Shown in pieces: positions 37,201 to 45,468 of a stretch of 64,000 nucleotides of DNA. Numbering within the stretch: position 1 is the stretch's first letter; every line of letters starts with the position of its first letter. Source of the DNA: Lytechinus pictus (Eukaryota); the NCBI RefSeq assembly GCF_037042905.1, contig NC_087245.1, positions 17,238,001 to 17,302,000 of the forward strand, written 5' to 3'. The notes below the pieces were generated by a model. That model was not told the DNA's origin. It did not search any database and was given only the letters and a program-made list of their open reading frames with translations. The position numbers and the translations under genes were made by a program.

Positions 37201-39236
37201 CCAGGAAAGAAGCTCAGCGAATGGTTATCAGGTTCAAATGATTCCTCGGGCTAACAAAAGAAGAGAGCAAAATTCAGAAACTTGTCGATAAGATGATAGA
37301 AAGAAAGGTAATTATTTAAAGTTTTCCTTTCCTTGGGTGGACAGCAGAGGGATGAGTGCTCCCAGGGAACCCTACCTCTTCAACTGATTGTTAAACCATA
37401 TTATGGATCTCACTACTTCTCCTGGCTGGATATCTTGTCAGGCTAGGAACACCTATTAATTTGATCATAGCTATCAAATTATTACCAAATCAACAAATAA
37501 GCAAAGATTAATGGGAAAGTTACAATCTATTTGTGCAGTCAAAACTGTACAGAAAACATTGGTAGGTTTCTCCATAAATACTCTTAAGAACATATGGGAT
37601 AATGAATACAAATGTTTGAAAATTATTCACACATATGTTTGTGCACCCTTTCTGTGCATGTTTCACACACTGTGGATTTACATCACAACGACTGCACAGC
37701 CAATTGATCAGCTGGATGTATCAGCTAATATGTGGCCTGCATTCTAACTGCAAATCTAATACATAAGAATATGAAGGCATTCAATAGAAACAAGTGTATG
37801 AACACTCTTTTCGTTATATCCAGAGCATACTTTTCTCTGCAATCTACAAAGTACGATGGATATGGCATAGATTTTGAATGCATGGAATAGAGACTTGTAC
37901 CACTATCTAGATTTCCAGACTTTGGCACTTTTCTTGTGCATTTACTACAACAATGGTTCCAGTACTTTAAAAGCAAGTACTTAGACCCACTCTTGATTAA
38001 TGTTTTTATCTTTTATCTCACAAATTTTGTTGAAAATTACATGGATTTTGATTAAAGTGCAGCTTTATTTATTTTTCAAATATGAAGGCAATGCTAGCTG
38101 AAGGAGTAAATTGGCCAACATAATACTTCCTGCATTGTAAGTGTACATTTCTGAGCTAAACTCGAAAAATTTGATGACATTAACAAGAGTTTCAACAGAA
38201 TAATGGAACTTATTTATAACTCAATGTTTTGATCCTATAATTGTACCTGTCTTTCAATTGACCAATTCATGATAGTAAAAATCATATGGACTTCATTTCT
38301 ACATCGTTGAATAAATACATACAAATTTATTTACAGAATCAATAGCAATTACTCACAAAGTATAGTGAGGATACCTTTGTATTACATTTGAACAACCAGT
38401 ATGATAAGTGTAAAATCACTGAAAATTAAGACAAGAGATGAATGAAGATTATAGAGATCTAATCATTGGTGTATTATAACATCACTAATTCAATTACTTA
38501 CTGCATTAAGAATACTTTCAAGACTTGGAGTTGAATCTAATTCAGGAATGTCAAATTCACTGTCATCAATCTGGAAAGGGAAAAGCACAATTAATGACAT
38601 AAGTTTGCAAAAGTCAGCCTCCATGAATAAAACAAATCAACATTTCAAACCAGTCCATGCAAAATTCATTATCTCATCTATTTAGGATTTCTTTAAAGTC
38701 AACAAATTCCTATTGTCCCAAGAAATTGTAATTACAATGTATATGTATGCAAACAAGTTATCTGTATTTATGTCATTGAACCCACTGAGACAATAGTACA
38801 ATAAGATTATTTCTTTAACTGCTGAAGGTTTCCATGGTGAAAAGCAGATGTGTTGTGAGGTTCACGGTACACCATGTATCTTTCGTGGGCGATTGCGTTC
38901 TTGTCGTCTCCAGGAGAAAGACGGCAAGAACACACTTGTCGAAACGTCAAGTTTGCGTGGTCCTTTTCAGGACCAACAATTGTTGCCCAAGAAAGATACA
39001 AGATTATTTGTCCTAAAGGACAACTTTCCCCAAAATTCCCCAGATAAGTGAGAGCTGGAAAGGCTACAATCGATGGCACCATATTGGATCCTGAATTTGT
39101 AACAGTTTCAATTAGGTCATTTTTTAAAATGACATAATGAGAGGCATTTCATACTTACTGTAACATCATCAAGAGTATAGTCGAGTATATCTGTAGCTGC
39201 TATTGCCGTTTCAACCTCATCACCAGAATCCTCCAT
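1036..39236 (-). CDS. VPS8: Vacuolar protein sorting-associated protein 8 homolog (CORVET subunit); 39 coding exons in window, 3' end not found in window
   Basis: All 39 exons have GT-AG boundaries, consistent phases and join to 4032 nt with no stop. Peptides match remembered metazoan VPS8 motifs: IDDSEFDIP, DAGKPTAIA..AVGTSHG, WDLTSGKLLRTITDAHPPG, RTCESRCLFSGS, SSHFKSLATGGNVSKAL, LECLEPYIL, GNKLLVYISCCLAGRAYP, FDTREFLNVL, LWFPLL and a C-terminal RING-H2 (CMIC..CGHTYHSTC..CLQC). No stop reached: the last exon ends in a donor at 1035. Confidence 0.96.
2801..3000. mobile_element. PIF/Harbinger-like MITE
   Basis: TIR AGGCCTGGTCACACCGCCCGAGCGTTG / CAACGCTCGGGCGATGTGACCAAGCCT; TAA on both flanks. 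Confidence 0.85.
3591..4194. mobile_element. Kolobok-like MITE with long inverted arms
   Basis: TTAAAGG...CCTTTAA termini; ~220-bp arms pair (e.g. ATGAATATTCATTAGGTGGGCTG / CAGCCCACCTAATGAATATTCAT). Confidence 0.75.
4192..4340. repeat. (AAT)n-type microsatellite
   Basis: Degenerate AAT/AAC/GAT trinucleotide run. Confidence 0.85.
5411..5577 (-). CDS. VPS8: VPS8 coding exon 38 (first half of RING-H2)
   Basis: TLLKTANRLLDRDLYGSVKNLTMAANRGLMPRRESCMICGKNY. Confidence 0.94.
6028..6108 (-). CDS. VPS8: VPS8 coding exon 37
   Basis: DPTYSTGRFGEIRELIVGMLETYTYES. Confidence 0.93.
6159..6931 (+). mobile_element. piggyBac-like MITE, copy 1
   Basis: ttaaCCCTAATTCTCCCGGGG ... CCCCGGGAGATTGAGGGttaa; TTAA at both ends. 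Confidence 0.88.
6972..7911. mobile_element. MITE with GG..CC termini and 8-bp TSD, interrupted by piggyBac MITE copy 2
   Basis: TSD CTTTGAGA at 6964-6971 and 7912-7919; TIR GGTGACACAACATTTGCTC / GAGCAAATGTCATGGAACC. Confidence 0.7.
7011..7767 (-). mobile_element. piggyBac-like MITE, copy 2 (inverted relative to copy 1)
   Basis: Reverse complement of 6159-6931 over almost its full length; TTAA at both ends. Confidence 0.88.
8443..8525 (-). CDS. VPS8: VPS8 coding exon 36
   Basis: FKELTRHVLNSMMGHLSLPRILQKIMQ. Confidence 0.93.
8881..8962 (-). CDS. VPS8: VPS8 coding exon 35
   Basis: TLWFPLLDLMMTTQRRLKPSFNETQFE. Confidence 0.93.
9060..9390. repeat. (CAT/CAC/CGT)n trinucleotide microsatellite in VPS8 intron 34
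   Basis: Long CATCAC/CATCGT run; source of the spurious poly-His and poly-Asp ORFs. Confidence 0.9.
9425..9528 (-). CDS. VPS8: VPS8 coding exon 34
   Basis: MDITLGLSNVQVVLMVLVQLCQRNSPKLDEEGRE. Confidence 0.92.
9877..10277. mobile_element. Kolobok-like MITE
   Basis: ttaaAGCTAAATGACAGT ... ACTGGAATTTATCTttaa. Confidence 0.6.
10347..10503 (-). CDS. VPS8: VPS8 coding exon 33
   Basis: IVRKHKMSEATAFLLEKSGDIQGAFGILME. Confidence 0.93.
11035..11238 (-). CDS. VPS8: VPS8 coding exon 32
   Basis: NQPELQYEFLEGVFD...ENYRLEEALH. Confidence 0.93.
11394..11483 (-). CDS. VPS8: VPS8 coding exon 31
   Basis: DLVAIDSRETAQLVLKVFAHSLSDVVIQLQ. Confidence 0.93.
11888..12010. mobile_element. Short MITE, same family as 34812-34945
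   Basis: TIR GCCTGTAATACAAAG / CTTTGTGTTACGGAC. Confidence 0.6.
12075..12375. mobile_element. Harbinger-like MITE
   Basis: TIR GGCCCGTATTCTGAA / TTCAGAATACAGGCC; TAC on both flanks. Confidence 0.75.
12478..12576 (-). CDS. VPS8: VPS8 coding exon 30
   Basis: ATIFSYIHQVMMESYYTEAEKDAVQRQAIKHLQ. Confidence 0.93.
12991..13075 (-). CDS. VPS8: VPS8 coding exon 29
   Basis: YRVCEVLYERRREFDKILLCHLRDSSRK. Confidence 0.93.
13340..13781 (+). mobile_element. 5'-truncated L2-clade LINE 3' end
   Basis: Degenerate ORF2 C-terminus (ITSILKE.HWL..KSRIRFKVLLITF; RTLRSS..LQVPR; FSYSAPTLWNSLP; FKSQ.KTFL), then TGTAAAGTGCATTGAGA...GTGCTATATAAGA and an (ATT)n tail. Confidence 0.8.
14202..14341 (-). CDS. VPS8: VPS8 coding exon 28
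   Basis: VLEFLSNPSGETRHEEREQALLELLNAG. Confidence 0.94.
15122..15214 (-). CDS. VPS8: VPS8 coding exon 27
   Basis: PAQVGCLFTFLARQMAKHENTIYVNRMLFEQ. Confidence 0.95.
15745..15814 (-). CDS. VPS8: VPS8 coding exon 26
   Basis: SMQSRQRIVDILLQVMVESVGFS. Confidence 0.93.
15897..16048. mobile_element. MITE with CTG TSD (Harbinger-like)
   Basis: TIR GGGAGCGTTTCAT / ATGAAACGCTCCC; CTG on both flanks. Confidence 0.8.
16638..16798 (-). CDS. VPS8: VPS8 coding exon 25
   Basis: VWKCLTALHTKD...YPNLRTLLTFDTREFLNVLSLAFEE. Confidence 0.94.
17581..17653 (-). CDS. VPS8: VPS8 coding exon 24
   Basis: CCLAGRAYPMGDIPTHLVQDVKQG. Confidence 0.94.
17802..17844 (-). CDS. VPS8: VPS8 coding exon 23
   Basis: NQIRLGNKLLVYI. 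Confidence 0.93.
17952..18343. mobile_element. hAT-like MITE
   Basis: CAGGGCTCCACACT start and degenerate inverted end; many ACTGGTCC/GGACCAGT subterminal repeats; GACAAAG on both flanks. Confidence 0.65.
19062..19203 (-). CDS. VPS8: VPS8 coding exon 22
   Basis: VVSLCWAYGLYDAIIYVYNKGMNDYVTPLEELL. Confidence 0.95.
19625..19847 (-). CDS. VPS8: VPS8 coding exon 21
   Basis: DVLFGSIYEKFRHDIIAKGVYLECLEPYILND...SLDIHQ. Confidence 0.96.
20554..20600 (-). CDS. VPS8: VPS8 coding exon 20
   Basis: RVVPVCVEHCLMLGR. Confidence 0.92.
21172..21261 (-). CDS. VPS8: VPS8 coding exon 19
   Basis: ILQILFDFVEISMKQGPERGAIHLLEEHFQ. Confidence 0.92.
21495..23705 (+). mobile_element. Defective hAT transposon (internally deleted) in VPS8 intron 18
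   Basis: TIR CAGACATGTCAACC / GGTTGGCAGGTCTG; flanking AAGAAG duplication; transposase remnant inside. Confidence 0.8.
21790..22297 (+). pseudogene. hAT transposase C-terminal (dimerisation domain) remnant
   Basis: KYPNLSKVILTILTIEHSNATDKRIFSRVRKNSTEFGASL resembles the hAT dimerisation motif (YP.L..L.IP.SNA..ER.FS); broken by a stop and frameshift at ~22036-22040. Confidence 0.8.
24132..24404. mobile_element. CACT-type (EnSpm/CMC-like) MITE
   Basis: taCACTCTAAAAA start and degenerate TTTGTAGAGAGTA end; TTACCCAA/TTGGGTAA subterminal repeats. Confidence 0.55.
24560..24606 (-). CDS. VPS8: VPS8 coding exon 18
   Basis: LVKKQPQRQAAVADK. Confidence 0.9.
25219..25309 (-). CDS. VPS8: VPS8 coding exon 17
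   Basis: RLEVLLKAGKYKDSLQLASSFYNGKAKAVI. Confidence 0.93.
25744..25779 (-). CDS. VPS8: VPS8 coding exon 16 (36 nt)
   Basis: SLHVMNLRTWQQ. Confidence 0.9.
26477..26551 (-). CDS. VPS8: VPS8 coding exon 15
   Basis: ALAGERACYQSIATNKGQLIILGTK. Confidence 0.94.
27223..27393 (-). CDS. VPS8: VPS8 coding exon 14
   Basis: WMNAKTLVTVDTTEKLHVID...SSHFKSLATGGNVSKAL. Confidence 0.95.
28216..28299 (-). CDS. VPS8: VPS8 coding exon 13
   Basis: VLYQEDGNKVKFAPLQSIILPYSLLNVQ. Confidence 0.9.
28831..28953 (-). CDS. VPS8: VPS8 coding exon 12
   Basis: GDPSTLPLLAWQFVIIQVTDTAKVVDPVLACARTNTINFYQ. Confidence 0.94.
29322..29378 (-). CDS. VPS8: VPS8 coding exon 11
   Basis: VFIVGLRPRLTVMFTKQLR. Confidence 0.92.
29892..29994 (-). 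CDS. VPS8: VPS8 coding exon 10
   Basis: RGEVCTLAPLRMDTTITSHPLKDFSLLAMATLSK. Confidence 0.93.
30272..30322 (-). CDS. VPS8: VPS8 coding exon 9
   Basis: RVMGMRTCESRCLFSG. Confidence 0.94.
31069..31351. mobile_element. MITE with a perfect TIR of ~27 bp
   Basis: TTTAATCGGGTCAAGATCACACTTTTC / GAAAAGTGTGATCTTGACCCGATTAAA. Confidence 0.8.
32315..32382 (-). CDS. VPS8: VPS8 coding exon 8
   Basis: FTDDPTLAICSDSGGSVFELSM. Confidence 0.94.
32793..32879 (-). CDS. VPS8: VPS8 coding exon 7
   Basis: MTMWDLTSGKLLRTITDAHPPGSAVLHIQ (WD40-like). Confidence 0.95.
33071..33281. mobile_element. MITE with CAG TSD (Harbinger-like)
   Basis: ~50-bp TIR GGGGTGTTTCACAAAGATTTAAGTA...; CAG on both flanks. Confidence 0.82.
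33554..33678 (-). CDS. VPS8: VPS8 coding exon 6
   Basis: PKQVLRWCLGSTAVGAQYGAVSALSINNDCTRLLAGFAKGQ. Confidence 0.94.
34627..34714 (-). CDS. VPS8: VPS8 coding exon 5
   Basis: DRVDAGKPTAIAISIQMAVGTSHGLILVF. Confidence 0.94.
34812..34945. mobile_element. Short MITE, same family as 11888-12010
   Basis: CTGGGGCCCGTAACACAAAG ... CTTTGTGTTACTGGACCCTG. Confidence 0.65.
35252..35845. mobile_element. Palindromic element with CACTAG...CTAGTG termini and internal terminus copies
   Basis: CACTAGTATTCAACC at 35252 and 35446; inverted copies at ~35630, ~35652 and ~35831; long arms pair. Confidence 0.7.
36586..36673 (-). CDS. VPS8: VPS8 coding exon 4
   Basis: KKNIQYEAHGSILRHVMLRGIASQVSSAA. Confidence 0.92.
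37126..37250 (-). CDS. VPS8: VPS8 coding exon 3
   Basis: PEESFEPDNHSLSFFPGGPDNSDSVSLSETPATPDKSPSAH; phase fits neighbours. Confidence 0.82.
38502..38570 (-). CDS. VPS8: VPS8 coding exon 2
   Basis: IDDSEFDIPELDSTPSLESILNA; ag/gtaagt. Confidence 0.92.
38813..38999. mobile_element. Penelope-like retroelement terminal fragment with internal inversion
   Basis: 10-bp flanking duplication AAGATTATTT (38803-38812, 39000-39009); same family as 49230-49412; hammerhead-type CTTGTC-GAAACGTC motif. Confidence 0.6.
39159..39236 (-). CDS. VPS8: VPS8 coding exon 1 (ATG at 39236; acceptor at 39249-39250 implies an upstream UTR exon)
   Basis: MEDSGDEVETAIAATDILDYTLDDVT; donor gtaagt. Confidence 0.8.
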
Positions 39237-39637
39237 GATGACAAACTTCTACAAAGGAGAAAAAATATTTAGCATTTGAGTGGTATTGGTGAAAGACTCA
39301 TTTAGGAAGACATCATTTAATCATCTGTTAGAATAGCTGTAGTATTTATGAACCAAATGTTCATTTCTATGTGCAGACCGCACACACACAAAGACAATTG
39401 GCGATTATGGAGACAAGCAACACGAATAATCATGATATATTGCGACAGGTGAAGACGTCTATAAGGATGATGATGTCATTCAAGTTGGCAAATTTACAAG
39501 TACTACTGACTTTTTCAATTAAGAGAGGTTTTCCTCATTCCTGAGGAATTTTTCTCAAGCTGCAGTCTAAGGTATGAAATTTCTTAATGTATTATCTTTT
39601 TTCCTCATAATGGAGTAATTAAAAAAATAATTAGTCC

Positions 39638-40213
39638 ATTTCTGTCCGGGATATTTGCTCCACTGAGACTTCATCTGGCTCCTTGGCATCCCCTTTGTCA
39701 ATAGACCGAATTCTCCCATAGAACTTGTAGTGCCAATGCTTTGCACGACTCTTAACTGCAGCGTCTATGTAGAAAAGGGTGCACTACCACACCCTCTTTG
39801 ATTTTTCTTTAATCCCTCCATCTGATGGAGAAAACAAAGCGTGTTACCATGATGAATAGGGCATGAACATGATTGGCTGGTGCATTCGCATGCTCAAGCT
39901 GCGATACAAACATGACGAAGAACAATCGATGGAACCCGAGACCGGCTCTTTGCAACAATCATTAAATTTACATCACATAATTATGTTAAAATGTTGATTT
40001 TCATTTACATGTTTTTTCTCCGTCAAAGGGGGGGAGGGAATTAGGAGTAATTGGTGTGGTAGCTCATCCTCTTCTCTTTAGATGCTGAAGTTAAGCGTCG
40101 GTCGAAACTCCACCATTACGAGCCCTATGGCTATGGCCAACATCTGTCTGAGTAAAAGGAGGACCAAAAATTTTTTAAATAAAAAAAAAACTCCTCCAAA
40201 ACAGCGGATATAT
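39638..40213. mobile_element. Foldback/MITE-like repeat, copy A
   Basis: Both ends are shared with 40500-41168 (CTGAGACTTC.TCTGGCTCC; GAAACTCCACCATTACGAG; AAACAGCGGAT). Confidence 0.65.
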
Positions 40214-40499
40214 CAATGTAGATACCATATTATACATCAAAGGTTTTGAATTGATCTAGGTCTAAATATCTGTGGATTGATTTTATGCTGGTCAATGCTG
40301 ATGCTTGAAACTGAAAGTCTGACTACTCTGTCAGCTTTTTCAACCTTATTGAGATCCCAATGTCCCATAGAGTGAGACAGGGTGGTTGCACTGCACTATG
40401 AAAGTGGTGTCTAACTTTTTCACACTAAAACACAACCTAAACATTTTTAGTTCTCACTATCTGCATGGGCATGGCATGGACTAGACCGATAAATAGGTC

Positions 40500-41168
40500 T
40501 ATTTCTGTCAGGGATATGCTCCGCTGAGACTTCGTCTGGCTCCACGGCATCCCCTCCGTCAATAGAATGATGAGGGCCATTGGGCTCGAAGTGGTGGAGC
40601 TCCACCGATGCCTTAACTACATGTACAGCGTTTATGAAGAAAAGGGTGTGCTGACGCATCCTCCTAAATTTTGCTTTTTGACGGGGAAAAGGAGAAGAAA
40701 TAAAGATAGATTTATATTAAATACATTCAGCTTACCACCTTTCTGAAAAATATGATGGAAAATAGCGAATTCTGATGACGAACAGATCAGGATCAGCAAG
40801 GTTCTTCTATGATCGCTCGATCACCATCAGCGCAGCTACAGGTGAGCATACAAACGTGCCAGCTAATCCCCTGATCCTGATGTGTTTGTCATCAAATTTT
40901 CCAGCATATTTTTCAAAAAGGTGGGCAGTGGTAAGCTGATTGTATTCAATATAAATTTATTTTATTTCTTCCTCTTTTCCCTTGTTAAAATTAAAGCAAA
41001 ATTTAGGAGTAATCGAGGAGGTTGCAAAAGTGAACCCTTTTCTCCATAGTCGTTGTAGTTAAGGCGTCGTTGAAACTCCACCATTACGAGTGCAATGGCC
41101 ATCATCCATCCGTCTGTGTAGGAGGAAAAAAAATGTTGAAAAACTCCTCCGAAACAGCGGATTTATGT
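40500..41168. mobile_element. Foldback/MITE-like repeat, copy B, with ~230-bp internal inverted arms
   Basis: 40570-40800 pairs with 40870-41100. Confidence 0.7.
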
Positions 41169-43258
41169 CGAGTCTGCATGGGCCTAGGCCTACATGTACA
41201 ATTGTACGAGAATTCAGTCTACAAAGTATGAAGATCAACTGGTGAGTATAGCCAGCGAAAGTCAGTGGAACAATCAGTTGTATGGTAGGGGGTTCTAAAG
41301 CTACGCACTACTCCATTGCGCATGCAATTTCAATGGCAAATAAATGCTCACTCTAGCTCTGTGTGTGAAGCTTAAGCTGTGACTGTATAGAGTGACGAAC
41401 GATCCCTATTCAATATTTCTACAGAGTGCTTTCAGAGGCTGCAATAAATCCTTGAATGCAGAGAAAACCAACAATTTTTTGGAATTTTGGAGGTGGAGTA
41501 AAACCCTCAAACATCGGACGGTTCCAAAAATGACTTGAACTCCCTTCACTGTAACTACAGGGACCCGAACTGGCAGGGGACTTGCATGCATAAGAATACA
41601 TGAACATACATGCTATTGAGCTGCACACACAGTAGATCCAAGTTGCTGCTCAAAAAAAAAAATTCCAGGGGTTAAATCCAGCGGTAAAATCCATAATTTT
41701 GACTTCCAGAGATTCTTACGACCCTCGCTAATTATGGACTCCAAAAGATCGATGACCAAAAAAATCTCGTAAGGGAGAAGTGACTTTCGTCAGAAACATC
41801 GCCGCTGCGAGATCGCACATGTTCGATCTATCGCAAAAAAATCTGCAAAGAAGAAATATGGCACTATCTCAAACATCGGACATATCGGCCGATTGAATTG
41901 GAAATGCGTGCTGTTAACGCGCGCGCAGGTTTCAAGAACGAAGTCGCGTGCAGCTGAGCAAAGAGCCGAAAGAGGTCCGTTGGGTAAGTAAATTATCATT
42001 ATTTACCGAATTCTATATCAAAGTTATTTATAGTAATAATCAAAATTGGCATTTGCGCAGCTAAAATAAATCATTTTATCAACAAGTCAGCAATTTAATA
42101 GCCATACTTGAAATTATGTTATCCCCCCCCCCCCCCCGTTCCTGCCTTTATCTTAATTTCTCTTATCTTTGCTTATTGATTTGTATAATATATACTTTAT
42201 TCATCGTGTAATCTTTTGTGTGTATCATGTGATATTCTAAATTATTTTGTGCGAACAAATTGAATTTCCATTTATAAATCATGATTGCAATTGGACAATG
42301 AAAATATCTGAATCTGAATTATTTTGGGGTCTACAGCACGATTTAAATCGCCGAAATTGATTGCGGCCAACAACTCTACTCGTCCAATATTTGGAGACGG
42401 CATCCGATTTTGGGCAAAAAAACAAACTTCTGGTAGTAAGTAAATAATTTCTGTTTAGCATAATAATTTTTTCATTTCTATTCTTTAATGACATTAATAT
42501 TCAACATTTGTACTACGGAAATAAACATGATTTATATTTGATGCAACAATTGTATTTTTGTTTTAGTCCAATAATGCTTAAGTGTCCAATATTTGGGCAC
42601 TTTGCTCTATATTCACTCTAATTTCTTTTTTTCCTTTAAATTAATAACACAGACATATTTTAGAAATTTCGGAACAGTAAATACTACTTCTTTGCATAAT
42701 AAATCGAGAGCGTAACTTTTTAGGACCCCTTCTAAATCGGGCGGCGAAACACGGCGGGATTTTCGTAATGCTATTAGTGAGTTTTGTAACACTTTCTTCT
42801 TGGTTAAGGATCTTTAGAATTATAGAATATAATAGATCTAACTTAGAACTAGGCCTAGTGTCTAGTGACGTCTATATTTTACAAAATTAGGTAGGCCTAG
42901 TGAAACTTGAAGATGATTTGTTCAAATATTAAAATTGGCATAGTTTTTATAGTTTGAAAACAAAGTGCGTAGCTTTAGGTCCCCCAATCATACAGAGACT
43001 GAAGCTTTTGGTCTACACTTAAAGTGAAGAGACTAAAGAAAGACATGATTGAAAGAAAAAAAACGACTGACAAAACAACAACACACGTCAAAGTCAATAG
43101 GTGGGGCATAGCAGACTGGATTTTGCTCCTCGGGACACTTGCCTTGGTCTATTTTATGAATTAAAGTAAACCTTGAAAAGTGGACAACGTTTGCATAAAC
43201 TATGAGCAAAACTCAACACAGACTTCTTTTTAAAAAAATCCTTAATACCAGTACTTAC

Positions 43259-43410
43259 AAGTAATTCAGCTCAGACTCGACCTCAGAATCAGTCCAAATT
43301 TGGCTAACCGGCAGACAACAGCAGCAGAGTCTGGACTACGCCCCACAATCGAAGCTCCTGCCGGCCTAGCTAGGCTATAGAGCCTGCATGCATTTTATGC
43401 CGCGCGGGTC
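43259..43410 (-). promoter_or_regulatory. Candidate non-coding first exon and promoter of VPS8
   Basis: Minus-strand donor gtaagtac at 43251-43258 beside a GC/CpG-richer patch. Coding exon 1 has an acceptor, so an upstream exon is expected. Inference only. Confidence 0.35.
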
Positions 43411-44683
43411 ATTTTTTAATAATTTTTAATATCCCCCCCACAAAAAAATCCATATTTATTGTTCGAAATAAATTTACTTAATTTCTACAAGGCACAGATG
43501 AAATAATTTAGATTATCAAGTTTCATTAACTGATAGGTTCTGAAATATCCCCCTAGCAATTTTGTCTCTCCTGTCTAGCTCATGTTTTGTCTTTCCTCTC
43601 TCACCATACGCACTTAGAATGTTGGGCAACATACTGTCCACTGTGTTGGATAATGTATGTTGGTAGAAATATATATATTTATATCCAACTAAACAAATTC
43701 ATTACCCAATTATGTAAGTTTTTATTACCCAATTTGGACAGATTTTTAACAATAGTTGTGTGGACAGTTGTATGTTGCCCAAAGTTGGTTACAAGTTGGA
43801 CATTTTTGCCCAACTATATATTTTTAGAGTGTAGACCTATTTCTGTTTACAGCACCATTCGCACAATCATCCCCTTGTACTCGTTATGTTATACAATATC
43901 CTATGATTTTGTAATGTTTTAATTATAAAGTGACCTCGTTCAGCCCTCACAAAATGATTTATATGTGTCTGCAAGGAATATTCGACATTGAAACTTCCAT
44001 TTTATTTGGGGGGTGCATGGGCACCGCTGAACGCTCCTTGGTATTGATAGCTTTGGACATATTGGGTATGTGACGTGGGGGTTGTATAACTAAATCATAA
44101 ATCACTCAAACTGTTGGAATTTTAACAAACTTTGAAGTAAAATTTCTCTGAAATGGGTTTGAAATGTCGTACCTGCATGTGCGACGGTTCGATTGATCAC
44201 CGACGACATGGTCATCTAAATGGTAAAAATAGCGATGTGAGATGGACGAACGCGTGATGTCGATCAAAAACAAAAAATCATTTTCCAAAGACACTACGAG
44301 AAAGAGGAAGGCAATAGACAGATAGAGGAACTGAGAGAGAGGGGAGAGGGAGAGCAGCAGACTGAAAGAGAACTTGGCCACAGAGCATCATTGCGTCCAA
44401 CCGACATTTGGCATTTCTCAAAAGTTTTGGGCATTTTTATTAATATCCAGTGTGATGAAAATTTTGCCCATTCTAAAGTTATTGCTGCTTGTTTTTTTTA
44501 ACCTTACTGGACAACATGCTTCCTGCGTTGGGTAAGATACTGCCTCAAATTGGTTGAACACATAATTACCCTCGTGGTGGTAAAATTTTAACCAATATTT
44601 TTTTTTACAGTATATGCACCCTATTGGGTGCAAGTGCACACACTTTACACCCTTTAGTGTGCAAACTTACACCCTATGGCCTA

Positions 44684-44830
44684 CACTGTAAAAAATGAAG
44701 TGCTAATTTAGTGACTGCACTACGAGTGCTGATTTTCTTGTTCAAATTTATAAACTAGAAAATCGGCACTCGTAGTGCAGTCACTATACAAGCACTGTAA
44801 GTGCCAAATTAGCACATCATTTTTACAGTG
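44684..44830. mobile_element. CACTG-type MITE (EnSpm/CMC-like), TA flanks
   Basis: taCACTGTAAAAAATGA ... TCATTTTTACAGTGta; internal palindrome. Confidence 0.8.
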
Positions 44831-45399
44831 TAATAAAGGGTGCTGTTATTGTAACTAGGGGTGCAAACTCGATTTTTTTTCTTAGTGTGCACGTAACTAT
44901 TTCGTAAAGTGAAGAAAAAAGGGGAAGGAGACGAGAAAAACAGCTAGAAGAGGGAGAAAAATAAAAATGCAACGTGATGAGAGTTGTGTAACTCTATACC
45001 CTTTTATTACAATGATAAAGAAAACATGATTTCAAAGTTAGGTTATCGTGCTCTTTTCAATCTTGGCATTTTGATCACCCAACATCTATAGCTATATAGA
45101 ATTTATTTCTCATGTACCTTTAATACCATATTAATAATTGCTATAATAATTTCTATAGCTCTTATTTTTATTTCATGGTTTAGGGAAGTAGCTGGAAATA
45201 GCTTACAGTTGGAATATTATTGAACTATAGTATTGGATGACGAGGAGGGTCAGGAGCTGGCATAGTAGGTAAGAAGTTATACGAAAATGATTCAGTTCTA
45301 AAAACTAGCGTTCAGTTTCCCTTCTTTTCCCCTTTTAATATAAATAAGGAAGAGTAAATATAATAATAAGACGGGGAAAGAAAGCAAGAGAGGAAGAAA

Positions 45400-45468
45400 G
45401 TGTGTGTGTGTGTGTGTGTGAGGGTGTGTGTGTGTGTGTGTGTGTGTGTGAGGGAGAGAGAGAGAGAA
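45400..45468. repeat. (GT)n/(GA)n microsatellite
   Basis: Read directly. Confidence 0.9.
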
